A DNA stretch of 64,000 bases from Octopus sinensis (lineage: Eukaryota), in contig NC_043014.1 in assembly GCF_006345805.1 (NCBI RefSeq), positions 3,286,001-3,350,000 of the forward strand. Reading direction: 5' to 3'. A program made the translations under genes and the position numbers. The notes below the pieces were generated by a model. That model worked only from the letters and a program-made list of their open reading frames with translations. It had not been told where the DNA came from and made no database searches. Positions 1 to 12,460 of this stretch are shown here, piece after piece (position 1 is the first letter of the stretch; each line of letters starts with the position of its first letter).

Positions 1-694
1 AGCTAGACAGGCAGGCAAACAGACAGATAGATAGGGCAGGAGAGGGGCTGATACACACTCACACACACATGTACGTACATATATATACATATGCACATTT
101 GTAGTTGTGTGTGTGTATGGAGTATGTATACGGTCCTCGCAGCCTGTATCTCACCACAACACAGTAGCTTTACAACGAAACCTAGCAACACATAGGTATA
201 TCAAGAGCAAGAAGAGGGTCCACAATGCAGCTGGGTTGCGGTCGGAGAAAAGGGTGTCGAGGGACAAGGACCACGAGGCATGAGGGGTGGGTTAGGGGTA
301 GAACTGAAGTGGAACTAAGCTTGACATCTCTGTAATTGCATCTCCCAAACACAAAGGCATTTGTATTTTCTAGCGCTACATGTTATTGTGTGTTTCGTTA
401 TTTCACTATCGACGTCCAAGTAATTAACCAGCTTGATTAAGATAACGAATGAACTAATCAGTTTCTTATACGCCTCGGGGGTTTCAAATGTAACCAATTT
501 CTATGTATACACAAAGCTGACACATGTACCGAGTCTGTGTGTGTGGTGTGTGTGTGTGTGTGTGTGTATGCATGTGTGGTGTGTGTGTGTGTGTGTGTGT
601 GCCTGTATGAAGTGTGTGGGCACATGTTTATGCATATGTATGTGTGTATATGTTTAAGTATATATAATTATGTATATTATATATGTACATATGG

Positions 695-752
<58 letters not shown>

Positions 753-822
753 ATATGTATGCAAATATACATATGTACATTTGTATGTACATGTGTGTAT
801 ATGTGCATATAATATATATATA

Positions 823-1215
823 TGGAATGGAATGGAAGCACTCCGTCGGTTACGACGACGAGGGTTCCGGTTGATCCGAATCAACGGAACAGCCTGCTCG
901 TGAAATTAACATGTAAGTGGCTGAGCACTCCACAGACACGTGTACCCTTAATGTAGTTCTCGGGGATATTCAGCGTGACACAGAGTGTGACAAGGCCGGC
1001 CCCTTGAAATACAGGTACAACAGAAACAGGAAGTAAGACTGAGAGAAAGTTGTGGTGAAAGAGTACAGCAGGGATCACCACCATCCCCTGCCGGAGCCTC
1101 GTGGAGCTTTGGGTGTTTTCGCTCAATAAACACTCACAACGCCCGGTCTGGGAATCGAAACCGCGATCCTATGACCGCGAGTCCGCTGCCCTAACCACTG
1201 GGCCATTGCGCCTCC
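823..1215 (-). mobile_element. tRNA-derived SINE, family C (full length)
   Basis: Minus strand begins GGAGGCGCAATGGCCCAGTGGTTAGGGC (A box) ... GGTTTCGATTCCC (B box) and ends in a (TTCCA)n tail; a similar copy lies at 49394-49765. Confidence 0.85.
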
Positions 1216-1306
1216 ACTATATATATATACATACACTATATATACACATACATGCATGCATGAGTGTGTGTGTGTGTGTCGGTGTCTGTCTGTGTGTGTC
1301 TGTATA

Positions 1307-2191
1307 CAGGGTGCGGTGAATAAACTGTCGTCTAAATTATGCAAAAATGAAAATAACACCGACATCTCATTGTAACAGATATATTTACCAAAATTATATA
1401 AAAATATCTTCAAATACTAAAGAGTAAATTTATCCAATAAAATCGCCATTGGCTTCAACCACGACCTCCAGGCAACTTTGGAAACTCCTGCAGCTCTTCT
1501 GGATGGGCCCCTTGTTTATGTTGGTGAATGCTGCCATAATCCTTGCCTTCAGTTCATCTTTGGTGCTACAAAGAGTTTTGTTGGTCTCTCGATCAACTAC
1601 ACCCCACACGTAATAATCAAGGGGATTGCAGTGTGGGGAGTTTGGGGGCCAGATGTTAGGGGTGATGAGGTTTCAGAAATTGTCTGACATGGTTGGGTTC
1701 TCCTGTTTATATGGCATGGTACAGAGTCCTGTTACCAGACATAGGCTCTTCCAGCAACTACCCTCTTGACCCAGGGCTGCATTATGTCCTCCAAGCACTT
1801 GATGTAGACCTCCATGTTTTGTCTGAGGCCGTGTGAGACGATGAATGGAGGCATAATGTTGCCATCACTAGTGATCCCTCCAAACACCATGATGTTGACT
1901 GGATGTTTGATTTTGATCACTCTTGGTACATGTTTTGGGGACACAGCAAGCCAATGGTTGTTCTGTGTGTTTATCACCTGTTCATATTGGAGCTTCCAGT
2001 GTGAATGCCAAGCAGTACAGCATACCATTTCCAAATTTCTGGCAGAGTGAATTGCATTATGATGCTGTTTTTCTCACAAATGGTGCCCTGCTGACCCTAC
2101 TATACTGTGTAGTCGACAAAATCAAAAGCAAAACAATGTGCATGCGTGAAATTAAAAATATAAATGGCAACAATTTACCCATCACATCCTG
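1307..2191 (-). mobile_element. Degenerate Tc1/mariner (maT-like) DNA transposon
   Basis: Minus-strand ORF 1732-2034 (KHPVNIMVFGGITSDG..MPPFI..YIKCLE...PW..YVW) resembles a DDD transposase; imperfect TIRs CAGGGTGCGGTGAATAAACTGTCG / CAACAATTTACCCATCACATCCTG; stops and frameshifts present. Confidence 0.8.
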
Positions 2192-2199
2192 TGTATATA

Positions 2200-2210
2200 T
2201 ATACATAATA

Positions 2211-2271
<61 letters not shown>

Positions 2272-2308
2272 TGTATATATATGTATATATATATGTATTA
2301 TATATATA

Positions 2309-2385
<77 letters not shown>

Positions 2386-3637
2386 ATATCTGATGAAAAT
2401 TAAATTATACCGTCTAGAAAATTGCATATATTTATATTTTGTGAAATTTGATTTAGTATTTCTAAATTGAATTTTTCCCTGTAAGTTTGGAATAATATTC
2501 CCTCAATTTATTATTATTATTATTATTACATATATATATATATATATTATATATATATATGTATGTATATGCACACACACACACGCATATGTATATATAT
2601 GTTTGTATACATACATACAGTAACAGTTTGTTGTCAAAATTGTTAGAGCACTGGTTGGAATACATAATGGTTTGTGACCAGTCCTCTGCATTCCAGGTTC
2701 AAATCTGATTCAAATTAGGTTTACCTAACTACCTCCCAAGTGGAGGCACATGGCTTAGTGGTTAGGGGTGTTGCAGTTATGATTGTAAGATTATGGTTTC
2801 GATTCCTGGACCATGCGATGTGTTGCGTTCATGAGCAAGATCCTTCAATTCATGTTGCTCCAGTCCACTCACCTGGCATGAATGAGTGACCCTGCAACAG
2901 ACCTGTGTCCCATCCAGGTGGGAAATATATACACAATTGAAACTGGGAAACTAAGAAACTGGCCCTTATGAGCCAACATGAGTCAAGAAGGCAGCTTTGA
3001 CCCTTTTTTTTAAAACCCAAATTCAATGCAAAGAATACCAGTCAAAAATGATAATTTACCAGAATGTTAAAGAATCAGATGAAAAGTCATGTGATATTCA
3101 TGTTTTTTGCATATATATACGCATACATAGGCTTGCAATTACATATACATACATGCATATATAAACACACATACATAAATACATATATGCATATATCACA
3201 TCCAAGCATACAAACACATACATATATACATACATAACATACATACAAGTATAGTATTCATACATGTATAACATACATACGTATGCTCAAGTATGTGTAT
3301 ATACATACATATATATATTTATGCACACACATACATATATATATATATATACAAACACATACATATACAAATATACATACATAGTCATACACAGATAGAT
3401 ACAAATATATATATTCATACATATACACATACATATAAGGATATACATATACATAACATACATGTATACATACATGCATAACACACATAGAAATGCACAC
3501 ACACACACACACATATATATACATACACACATAGATGATAAACAAACATACATACTCAATCTAGAAACGTGTACATATATAACACATATGCATTCATTCA
3601 TACATACATAAAAGACACACATACACACATAAACAAG

Positions 3638-3683
<46 letters not shown>

Positions 3684-3937
3684 CAAATATACAGGATACA
3701 GCCATAAATAGAAATGAACATAAATACAAATCTACTGGTATACATCCATACATCCATACATATATACAAACAAATATACATACATACAAACCTGCAGACA
3801 TACAACCATATATGCATATACAAGCAAATTATACATACAAATATATAGGTATACAACCATACATACATACATACACATACATACATACATACATACATAC
3901 ATACATACATACATACATACATACATACATACATACA

Positions 3938-3970
<33 letters not shown>

Positions 3971-4035
3971 GCATACATACATACATACATACATACATAC
4001 ATACATACATACATACAAACATACATACATACGTG

Positions 4036-4067
<32 letters not shown>

Positions 4068-4119
4068 CATACACACATACATACATATATGCATACATAC
4101 ATACATACATACATATATG

Positions 4120-4151
<32 letters not shown>

Positions 4152-4399
4152 CAAACATACATACACACATACATACACAAATACAGACATACATACATAT
4201 ATACATACATATATATGCATACATACATACATACATCCATACATATATACATGCATGCATACATATATACATACATACATTCATACATACATGCATACAT
4301 ACATACATACATACACAAATACAGACATACATACATACATATATACATACATACATACATATATGCATACATACATATATACATGCATGCATACATATA

Positions 4400-4430
<31 letters not shown>

Positions 4431-4474
4431 GCATACATACATATATACATGCATGCATGCATACATACATACAC

Positions 4475-4507
<33 letters not shown>

Positions 4508-4714
4508 CATGCATGCATACATACACACACACATACATACATATATGCATACATACATACATACATACTTATATGCATACATACATACATATATACAAAC
4601 ATACATACATATATATATGCATACATACATACATACATACATATACATACATACATATATGCATACATACATACATACACACATACATACATACATATAT
4701 ACATAGATACATAC

Positions 4715-4748
<34 letters not shown>

Positions 4749-4760
4749 CATACATGCATA
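2200..4760. repeat. (TA)n and (CATA)n microsatellite blocks, with a decayed SINE at about 2742-2990
   Basis: Read directly; long (TACA)n run at about 3860-4760; SINE head GGAGGCACATGGCTTAGTGGTTAG..GGTTTCGATTCC near 2742. Confidence 0.9.
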
Positions 4761-5127
4761 CAATCAATAAACTAATTTCGAATTCTTCCCAAAATCCTAT
4801 CCCAGAAGGCACCATAAATAATATAACCCAAATTACACAGCTGAAATAGCTAACTTGATAAAAACCAGAGACAGTTTGGTACACGACAAACCTACAGGAC
4901 ACACACAACGTAAATATAATCAGTAGTTAGAATTGAAGCCAGAATTAATGGAGAAAATAGCCTTTGGAAAGTAATCGTACGGTATAAAGTGTAGGGAGTT
5001 TGTTTTGGAAATGAATAGTTGTGGTTTCCATTCCACTTTGGGCAAATGTTTGTCTTTCTGATGTCTTCGAGTCAATCAATGTGTTTTGAATGAAATTGTT
5101 TGGTTGACAGAAACTGTAGAAAATCGA

Positions 5128-5164
<37 letters not shown>

Positions 5165-5449
5165 AAACAGATAGATAAATCGATAGATGGATAGATATGA
5201 AACCGGTTAGTTAAGTGTATTAATATTAATATAAATATATTTTCGTATATACACTCTCAGTGTATTTTTCAACTTTATTTATTTTATATAAATATGTGTG
5301 TGTGTGTGCATACATATGTACGTACTCACACACACATGTGTGTATATATATATATGTACATACTCACACACATGTATGTGTGTGTATATATATATAAGAG
5401 AACAAAGTGTTTGTACACAGCTATATATATATATGTATAGAAATTAAAT

Positions 5450-5658
5450 ATAAATTACAAAAACACAAAGAGACGACACAAAAAAACAGACGGGACAAAA
5501 TGGAACAAGAACGCAAAACATCCGGACAACTAGGTGATACACAAAGGGACAACAAAACATCCAGACAGACGATACAAAACCCCAAAAAAACAAGGACGGG
5601 TCATTCGAAGCTTCCTATCCTCAGTCAAGAACCAGATCATCCTCGCAATTTCGGCTGA

Positions 5659-5660
<2 letters not shown>
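5450..5660. mobile_element. Interspersed repeat inserted in (TA)n; reverse-complement copy at about 18255-18400
   Basis: AAAACATCCGGACAACTAGGTGATACACAAAGGGACAACAAAACATCCAGACAGACGATACAAA matches the reverse complement of about 18303-18368. Confidence 0.7.
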
Positions 5661-5693
<33 letters not shown>

Positions 5694-5763
5694 CACTCAC
5701 ATGTTAATAAATAGACTGGTTATACAATTATTAATAAATTACAATATTACATTTCCATATAAG

Positions 5764-5828
5764 CCATTTTACCAATTAGTTTCATACCAGAAGTTCAGAT
5801 AACCCCAGCAATCATCAGAAAAAGATGG
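5764..5828 (-). ncRNA. Minimal type-I hammerhead ribozyme motif (Penelope-type)
   Basis: Minus: ccatcttttt CTGATGA ttgctggggtt atctg aacttctggtat GAAA ctaattgg TA aaatgg; stem II pairs with G-U wobbles; palindromic AATT loop III; GUA site. Confidence 0.7.
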
Positions 5829-5889
5829 AAGAAACAGTATGATAAACAAGCGCAGCATCCTGCTCAATTCTTGTGGGACACTTTAACTA

Positions 5890-6118
5890 TTAACCCATTA
5901 GCCTTCAAACCAGCCATACCCAGCAAAATATTCTACCTGTTTTATATTTAAGATAGCCGGATCTGGCCTTTGCCATCTACCCTATAATTTCATTCTAAAA
6001 ATAATTTCATTCACATCATCAAAATCTCAAAGCTATGAGATAATGCATGATTAATTCAAAGCAATCTTAATAAATAAGCAATCCATTTGGCAGAGTAATC
6101 TGAAGGTCAAAGGGTTAA
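5890..6118. mobile_element. TTAA-flanked MITE (piggyBac-like ends)
   Basis: TTAA-CCCATTAGCCTTCAAA ... TCTGAAGGTCAAAGGG-TTAA imperfect terminal inverted repeats. Confidence 0.7.
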
Positions 6119-7029
6119 GGGATCTAGGTCAAAGGAGTTCTGGATCACTGGACTGGTTGCTTTTTTGGAGGCACAAGCACAGGCAAGGTCAGTTTTGGCC
6201 TGGTTTTCACAGCTGGATGCCCTTCCTAACACCAACCACTTCACAGAATGAACTGCTTGCTCTTTGCGTGGCACCAACACTGACAGGGTCACCAAGTAAC
6301 TTTGCAAGACAAAGATCCTTTGTTAGGGGCTGGGCCATAGATCTGTTAAGTCAAGGGTCAAATCTGGGATAAACAACAATAAGAACAATAACAAAAAAAA
6401 CAAACCAACAAGCTTGAGTTGACATGAAGCTATATTAAAAGACCCTTGTTCTACATACCTCGCAATAGGATTGAACCTGAGATCTTGTGATTACAAAGTA
6501 AATGTCTTAAACATTTGACCATTCTATGATATGTATAAAGAGTGTGTAATGCCAATGATAATGGCAATACCCCCCCCTAGGCCAACAGTAATGATACAGC
6601 CATAGCAAGGACCATCACCACCACCACCACCACCACCACCCACCACCCACCACCCACCACCGCCAACAACACCACAACCAATACCACTGCAACCATCTAC
6701 AACACAAGTTTGAACCAAATAGCTTCTACATGGTCACTCAGTCAGCTAGAAATAGCAGTTAACTCACATCCTACCATCTTCAGTAAAGACAGTGTGATCC
6801 TAGACTCCCTGTCCACAAAGGAAAGGTTGAATGGTCATGGCTGGAATGTCTTTAATCACACGTCTACTCAGTCAGGGTTGGACTGGCACTAAACAGCAAC
6901 AACAACAACAGCAACAGCAACAACATACACTGCAGTATTACTAATTCTGCATTGCCTATCCCATCAGGTTCGAAGTTAGTCAATGTTTGCACACTTACGC
7001 ACACACACATTCACACACACACACACACA

Positions 7030-7070
<41 letters not shown>

Positions 7071-7099
7071 GACATATCATTCACATTTTCTTTTCCATT

Positions 7100-7351
7100 T
7101 CAGTCATAGCAACAAGTTTGATTATAGTTTTCGTTATCTTTCTAATTCATTATTATTATTATTATTATCATCACGAAATCATCATCATCATCATCATCTT
7201 TATTATATTGTTATCAGTTGTAGTAGTAACAGCAGCAGCAGCAGCTGAAGCAGTTTTATCCCGATACTTTTCAATAGATTCACCATCACCATCATCATCA
7301 TCATCATCATCATCATCGCCATCATCATCATCATCGTCATCGCCATCATCC

Positions 7352-7387
<36 letters not shown>

Positions 7388-7755
7388 CCATCACAATCAT
7401 CATCATCATCATCATCATCACCACTACCACCACCATCACCATCATCATCGTCGTCGTCATCGTCATCGTCGTCGACACCCTCACAATCATCACCACCACT
7501 ACTACCACCGCTACCATCACCATCACCATCACCATCACCATCACCATCGTCATCATCATCACCATCTTTGGTATTATCCTAGCGAAGGAATATTTGATTC
7601 AATATATATATATATATATAAACCAACCAGAACATCATTGAACACACAGTAACAAGCTGCCGCTACAGGGCAGAGTTCTAGCAAAATCTCATTCCACTTA
7701 TGTCTCTCCACACAAGAAAATATATATATATGTGTGTATATATATATAAATATGC

Positions 7756-7805
<50 letters not shown>

Positions 7806-8138
7806 CTTTGGCCACCATTATGGTTTGCAATGATTCAGCAGATTTTAAGAGGACAAAAATATAGCAAAAACTACAGAAAATGAAGAGAAAAAAATGAAGG
7901 ATTGGTGAATTTATAGTGTAGGAGAATATTTGAGGGGGAAAAAATAAATGGAGAAAAAGATAAGATGTCTAAAAATGAGATTGTATGTAAGAAAGAAGTT
8001 GCTATTGAAAGACTGGCTAGAGGGAGACTACCAAAGTGTGGATAGGTGGATAGATGCAGTGTATACATGTTGACTGGATTGCTAGATAGATAGATAGATT
8101 GATAGATAGATAGGTAGGTAGGTAGGTAGATAGCTAGC

Positions 8139-8205
<67 letters not shown>

Positions 8206-8289
8206 AGTGAGATAGATAAATAGATAGATTGATAGATAGATAGATAGACAGACAGATAGATAGACAGACAGATAGATAGATAGATAGAT

Positions 8290-8342
<53 letters not shown>

Positions 8343-8409
8343 TAGACAGACAGGCAGGCAGGTAGGTAGGCAGGCAGATAGATTGATTGATTGATAGATA
8401 GATAGATAA

Positions 8410-8459
<50 letters not shown>

Positions 8460-8480
8460 GGATAGATAGATAGACAGATA
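7100..8480. repeat. (CAT)n/(CAC)n, (TG)n and (GATA)n microsatellites
   Basis: Read directly. Confidence 0.9.
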
Positions 8481-8512
8481 CAGTGTGTTGGTGTTGAATA
8501 GATAGATTGGTA

Positions 8513-8977
8513 TACGAGGTCTGGTCAAACGTATTAGGACTGTTGCTATGGTAATGGAACTAAAGTACACAGGGTGAAACTGGTCAGCACAGATTGATCT
8601 TCAGTTCTGCCACACATCCACACTAAGTTATAAGGTTCTCGTCCATTTCCGTAGTTTATAGAAGTGTTTGGATGTAAACGGAAACTGGGTTTCGGGTGTG
8701 CAGGTCATCTCTTTGATTGTGTCAAGGACGATGGAAACATTTTCAAAATGGTCATAACAGATGACAAATCGTGGATCTGTGGGTATGACCCCAAAACCAA
8801 GGTTCAGTTTTCCCAGTGGAAGAACCCCAGGAAGAGTTCAAGATGTTGAGGAAATCCAAGACAATGCAACAAGGCAGCTGCTCAATTATCCAAAGAAACG
8901 AAGTTCCAGGAATGCTTCCATCATTGCAAACAATGCTGGATAAATGTGTGTGGTTTCAGAAACGGATTTGAAGGAGA
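8513..8977 (+). mobile_element. Mariner transposase remnant
   Basis: VITDDKSWICGYDPKTKVQFSQWK resembles the mariner ITGDETW..YDPETK.QS.QW motif; TACGAGGTCTGGTCAAA TIR-like start. Confidence 0.75.
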
Positions 8978-9708
8978 TTAACCCTGTTACCATATTTCTG
9001 TTGAGATGTTCTGTGTTTCTTTCAATTAATTTTAAATATAACAATGAATTTAGTAAAATAAATTAGTTATCGTTAAGCTGGTGTTAGGAACATAAATTGT
9101 GACTAAGGTTTGGTGGAAGATTTTAATTCAGAACTTTTGAAAACAAGACACTTGTGCTACAGAGCCAGGGGTGGTTTCAACCAGGTTGGTATCAAAAGGG
9201 TTAAGAATTGTTTCTCTATTATATATTTTAACCTTCTTGTTACCAAATTTCTGTTGAGATGCTCTGTGTTTCTTTCAATTGATTTCAAATATAACAAAGA
9301 ATTTAGTAAAATAACTTAGTTATCATTAAGCTAGTGTTAGGAACATAAATTGTGACTAAGGTTTGGTAGAAGATTTTAATTCAGAACTTTTGAAAGGAAG
9401 ACATTTGTACTCAGAGCCTGAGGTGGTTTCAGCCAGGTTGGTATCAAAAGGGTTAAGAATTGTTTCTCTATAATATATTTTAATGCTTTTGTTACCATAT
9501 TTCTATTAAGATGTTCTGTGTTTCTTCCAATTAATTTTAAATATAACAAAGAATTTAGTAAAATAACTTAGTTATCATTCAGCTAGTGTTAGGAACATAA
9601 ATTGTGACTAAAGTTTGGTGGAAGATTTTAATACAAAACTTATGAAAACAAGACATTTGTACTCAGAGCCAGAGGCGGTTTTAGCTAGGTTGGTATCAAA
9701 AGGGTTAA
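8978..9708. mobile_element. Three tandem copies (252-bp period) of a TTAA-flanked MITE
   Basis: Each unit runs TTAAC(C)..GTTACCA.ATTTCT.TT ... GGTTGGTATCAAAAGGG-TTAA; units end at 9204, 9456 and 9708. Confidence 0.85.
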
Positions 9709-9789
9709 ATGCCAAATTAACATGCGTTATAGTTCTCTTTTGATAGCATCAGATACAATACTATTTTGATCAGACCTCGTAGCGTGTCG

Positions 9790-10200
9790 ATTCTGGTTGG
9801 GTTGACATGTACGGTTTGTAGTTGTTGACTGGACAGATAGACCGAGTGCATAGATATTGACCGTAAGATATAGATACAGTTCGCAGATATTGACTGTGTG
9901 TATTGATATAGTATGTAGGTGTTGGCTGGATAGGTACACACAGCCTGTGGATGTCGACTGGGAAGAGAGACACAATGCATAGATGTTGACTCATCCTCAT
10001 CATTTAACATCCTCCTTCCATGCTGTCATGGGTTGGACAGTTTGACGGGAGCCACCCAGACAGAAGACTGCACCAGGTTTCAGTGTCTGTTTTGGCAAAA
10101 TATAGTGTGTAGATATTGACTGGAAAGGTAGACACTGTGTGTAGGTGTTAACTAGACAGGGAGACACATAATGTAGATTTTTGAAGGAACAAACATAGTG
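9790..10200. repeat. Diverged 32-bp minisatellite, interrupted by a family-D fragment (about 9992-10098)
   Basis: TTGAC-like anchor at 9825, 9857, 9890, 9922, 9954, 9986, then 10116, 10148, 10181; approximate consensus GATACAGTGTGTAGATGTTGACTGGATAGATA. Confidence 0.75.
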
Positions 10201-10559
10201 TATACATACATACATACATACATACATACCTGTGTGGTAGGAAGCTTGCTTCCGAACCACATTGTTCTGGGTTCAGTCTCACTGCATGGCACCTTGGACA
10301 AGTGTCTTCTACTATAGCTTCAGGCCAACCAAAGCCTTGGGAATGGATTTGGTACCCGGAAACTGAAAGAAGCCTGTCTATGTAAATATATATACACAAC
10401 TTATAAACAAGGGCAAAAAGAAAATTATTTCTATGCCAATATGCTGATAACAAACTTTTAAATCGTCAATTTCCATATATTATTTTATACCCAGTACAGA
10501 AATACGTTGTGCTGAAATCGAGGAAAGCTAGCCAACAGAATTCCTTTAAAAATTCGTTA

Positions 10560-10621
10560 TTTCTATATTGAATCAATTTCAGAATTAATCTCATAATAGA
10601 TTTTTTCCTCATCAGTAGAAA
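10560..10621 (-). ncRNA. Minimal type-I hammerhead ribozyme motif
   Basis: Minus: tttcta CTGATGA ggaa aa aatct attatg agatt aa ttct GAAA ttgattcaa TA tagaaa; 6-bp stem I, 9-bp stem II, near-palindromic stem III, AUA site. Confidence 0.8.
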
Positions 10622-10769
10622 ATACGAATAGAAATAAATATATATATATATCTGGCAGTCAGGGGAAAGATGCACTTATATATCTGTCAGTAGAGGGGGT
10701 ATATTATCTGATATACGAGTGCATCTTGCCCCTGACTTATGGTCTCTTAGACAACTCATGCACACACAA

Positions 10770-10806
<37 letters not shown>

Positions 10807-11399
10807 ATGTCCTTCTGTCTGTGTTTTGTCCCCCATCAGCACTTGACAACTGGCTTTGGTGTGTTTATATCCCCATAACTTAGCAGTTTGGCAAAAGAGA
10901 CTGATAGAATAAACAGAGGGCTTTAAAAAAATAAGTATTGGCATTGATTTCTTCAACTAAAATTCTTCAAGATAGTGCTCCAGCATGGCAACAACCTCAT
11001 AACTAGGACCAGTAAAAAGCCATATATCCTCACACACACACACACTATGGAGACAGAAACTTTATACCCCTAATGTGAAACTGTTTACTGGTCAAATAAA
11101 AATATTTCAGCTTGACCAATGTAAAGCACCAATGCAATAAATACTTCGTTGGTAGACTGGTCAATGGCTAAACTATCACAAAATACCTTGTGGTGTTTAG
11201 TTACAGCATGGGGGCACATGGCTTAATGGTTAAAGTGATGGGCTCGTGATCATGAGATTGTAGTTTCAACTCTTGGACTGGGTAAATGCTTTGTGTTCTT
11301 GGGCAAAATATTTCATTTCTTGTGGCCCCAGTCCACTCAGCCGGCAGAAACGAATAATTCCACGACGGTCCAGCATCTCACCTAGGGAGGAACATATAT

Positions 11400-11815
11400 A
11401 TTTCTTTATTGCCCACAAGGGGCTAAACACAGAGAGGACAAACAAGGACAGACAAACGGATTAAGTCGATTACATAGACCCCAGTGCGTAACTGGTACTT
11501 AATTTATCGACCCCGAAAGAATGAAAGGCAAAGCCAACCTCGGCGGAATTTGAACTCAGAACATAGCAGCAGATGAAATACCTATTTCTTTATTACCCAC
11601 AAGGGGCTAAACACAGAGGGGACAAACAAGGACAGACAAACAGATTAAGTCGATTACATCGACCCCAGTGCGTGACTGGTACTTATTTAATCGATCCCAA
11701 AAGAATAAAAGGCAAAGTCGACCTCGGCAGAATTTGAACTCAGAACATAGCAGCAGATGAAATACCGCTAAGCATTTCGCCTGGCATGCTAACGTTTCTG
11801 CCAGCTCGCCGCCTT
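11400..11815 (-). mobile_element. SINE-like family B with tandemly duplicated 3' part
   Basis: Reverse complement of GGCGGCGAGCTGGCAGAAACGTTAGCA..GAGTTCAAATTC..GGTCGACTTTGCCTTT..; internal unit repeated twice. Confidence 0.8.
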
Positions 11816-12460
11816 AATGGAGAGGAACATATATGCCTGAGAAACCAGCAAATGGCCTTATGCTCCTTACAGAGTGTTGTGGACTAACCGTTTACTTGTA
11901 CATGGCATTCTAGTTTCAAATCCAACCATAATCAACTCTTTCATTCGTCCTGGGTCATTGAAATATAGTACCAATCAAGTATGGGTGTTTATAATCTTAT
12001 AATGCATATATTTTAAATGTGAATGGTTTCATAGCATAATAGGAGAGTGAAGAAGCATCGGACATTCAATGATGCATCAGCTCTGCAGCCGACAAATCTT
12101 ATCTTCTTGCATTGATGTCATTATGTATGGAGACACACATACAACGGCCATCTTTGTTTGCAATGATTCAGCAAATTTGAAAAGAGACAGAAATAAAATT
12201 AAAAAATTATGGCAGGAAAGGATTTGAGAGTTGGAAATTGAAGAGAAGAATAGAAATGGAAAAAGAAAAAATTGATAGATGAATCGTATGAAGACAATGA
12301 GAGATTGTTGAGAAACAAGACACAGTGGGCTGATGTCATGCTGAACAGACAGACAGAGTACGTAGATGCTGTTTTGTGTGGCCTTCTTATGCAGTGTGTG
12401 AGATGCTGACAGTTGGGGAGACAAGATGTAATGTGTGGATTATTAATTAAATGTTATCGT

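Noticed and set aside
1140-1215. tRNA genes at the SINE heads (also 15449, 16624 and others)
   Set aside because: A and B boxes are present but continue into SINE bodies; no convincing cloverleaf.
2385-2435. CTGATGA..GAAA hammerhead candidate
   Set aside because: No stem II, and the homolog at about 53715-53760 lacks the CTGATGA box.
3258-4849. Long ORFs of 245-490 aa (MYVCMYV/HTYIHT)
   Set aside because: Translations of (TACA)n microsatellite; the same applies to the ORFs at 31743-33480 and the TA/TG runs.
4775-4920. Possible LINE linker fragment (IPEG..AEIANLIKTRD)
   Set aside because: Too short and degenerate to assign.
12077-12150. Small-peptide family (MAxxC) from the repeated module
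   Set aside because: Indels between copies break the frame and the peptides do not align beyond the first five residues.
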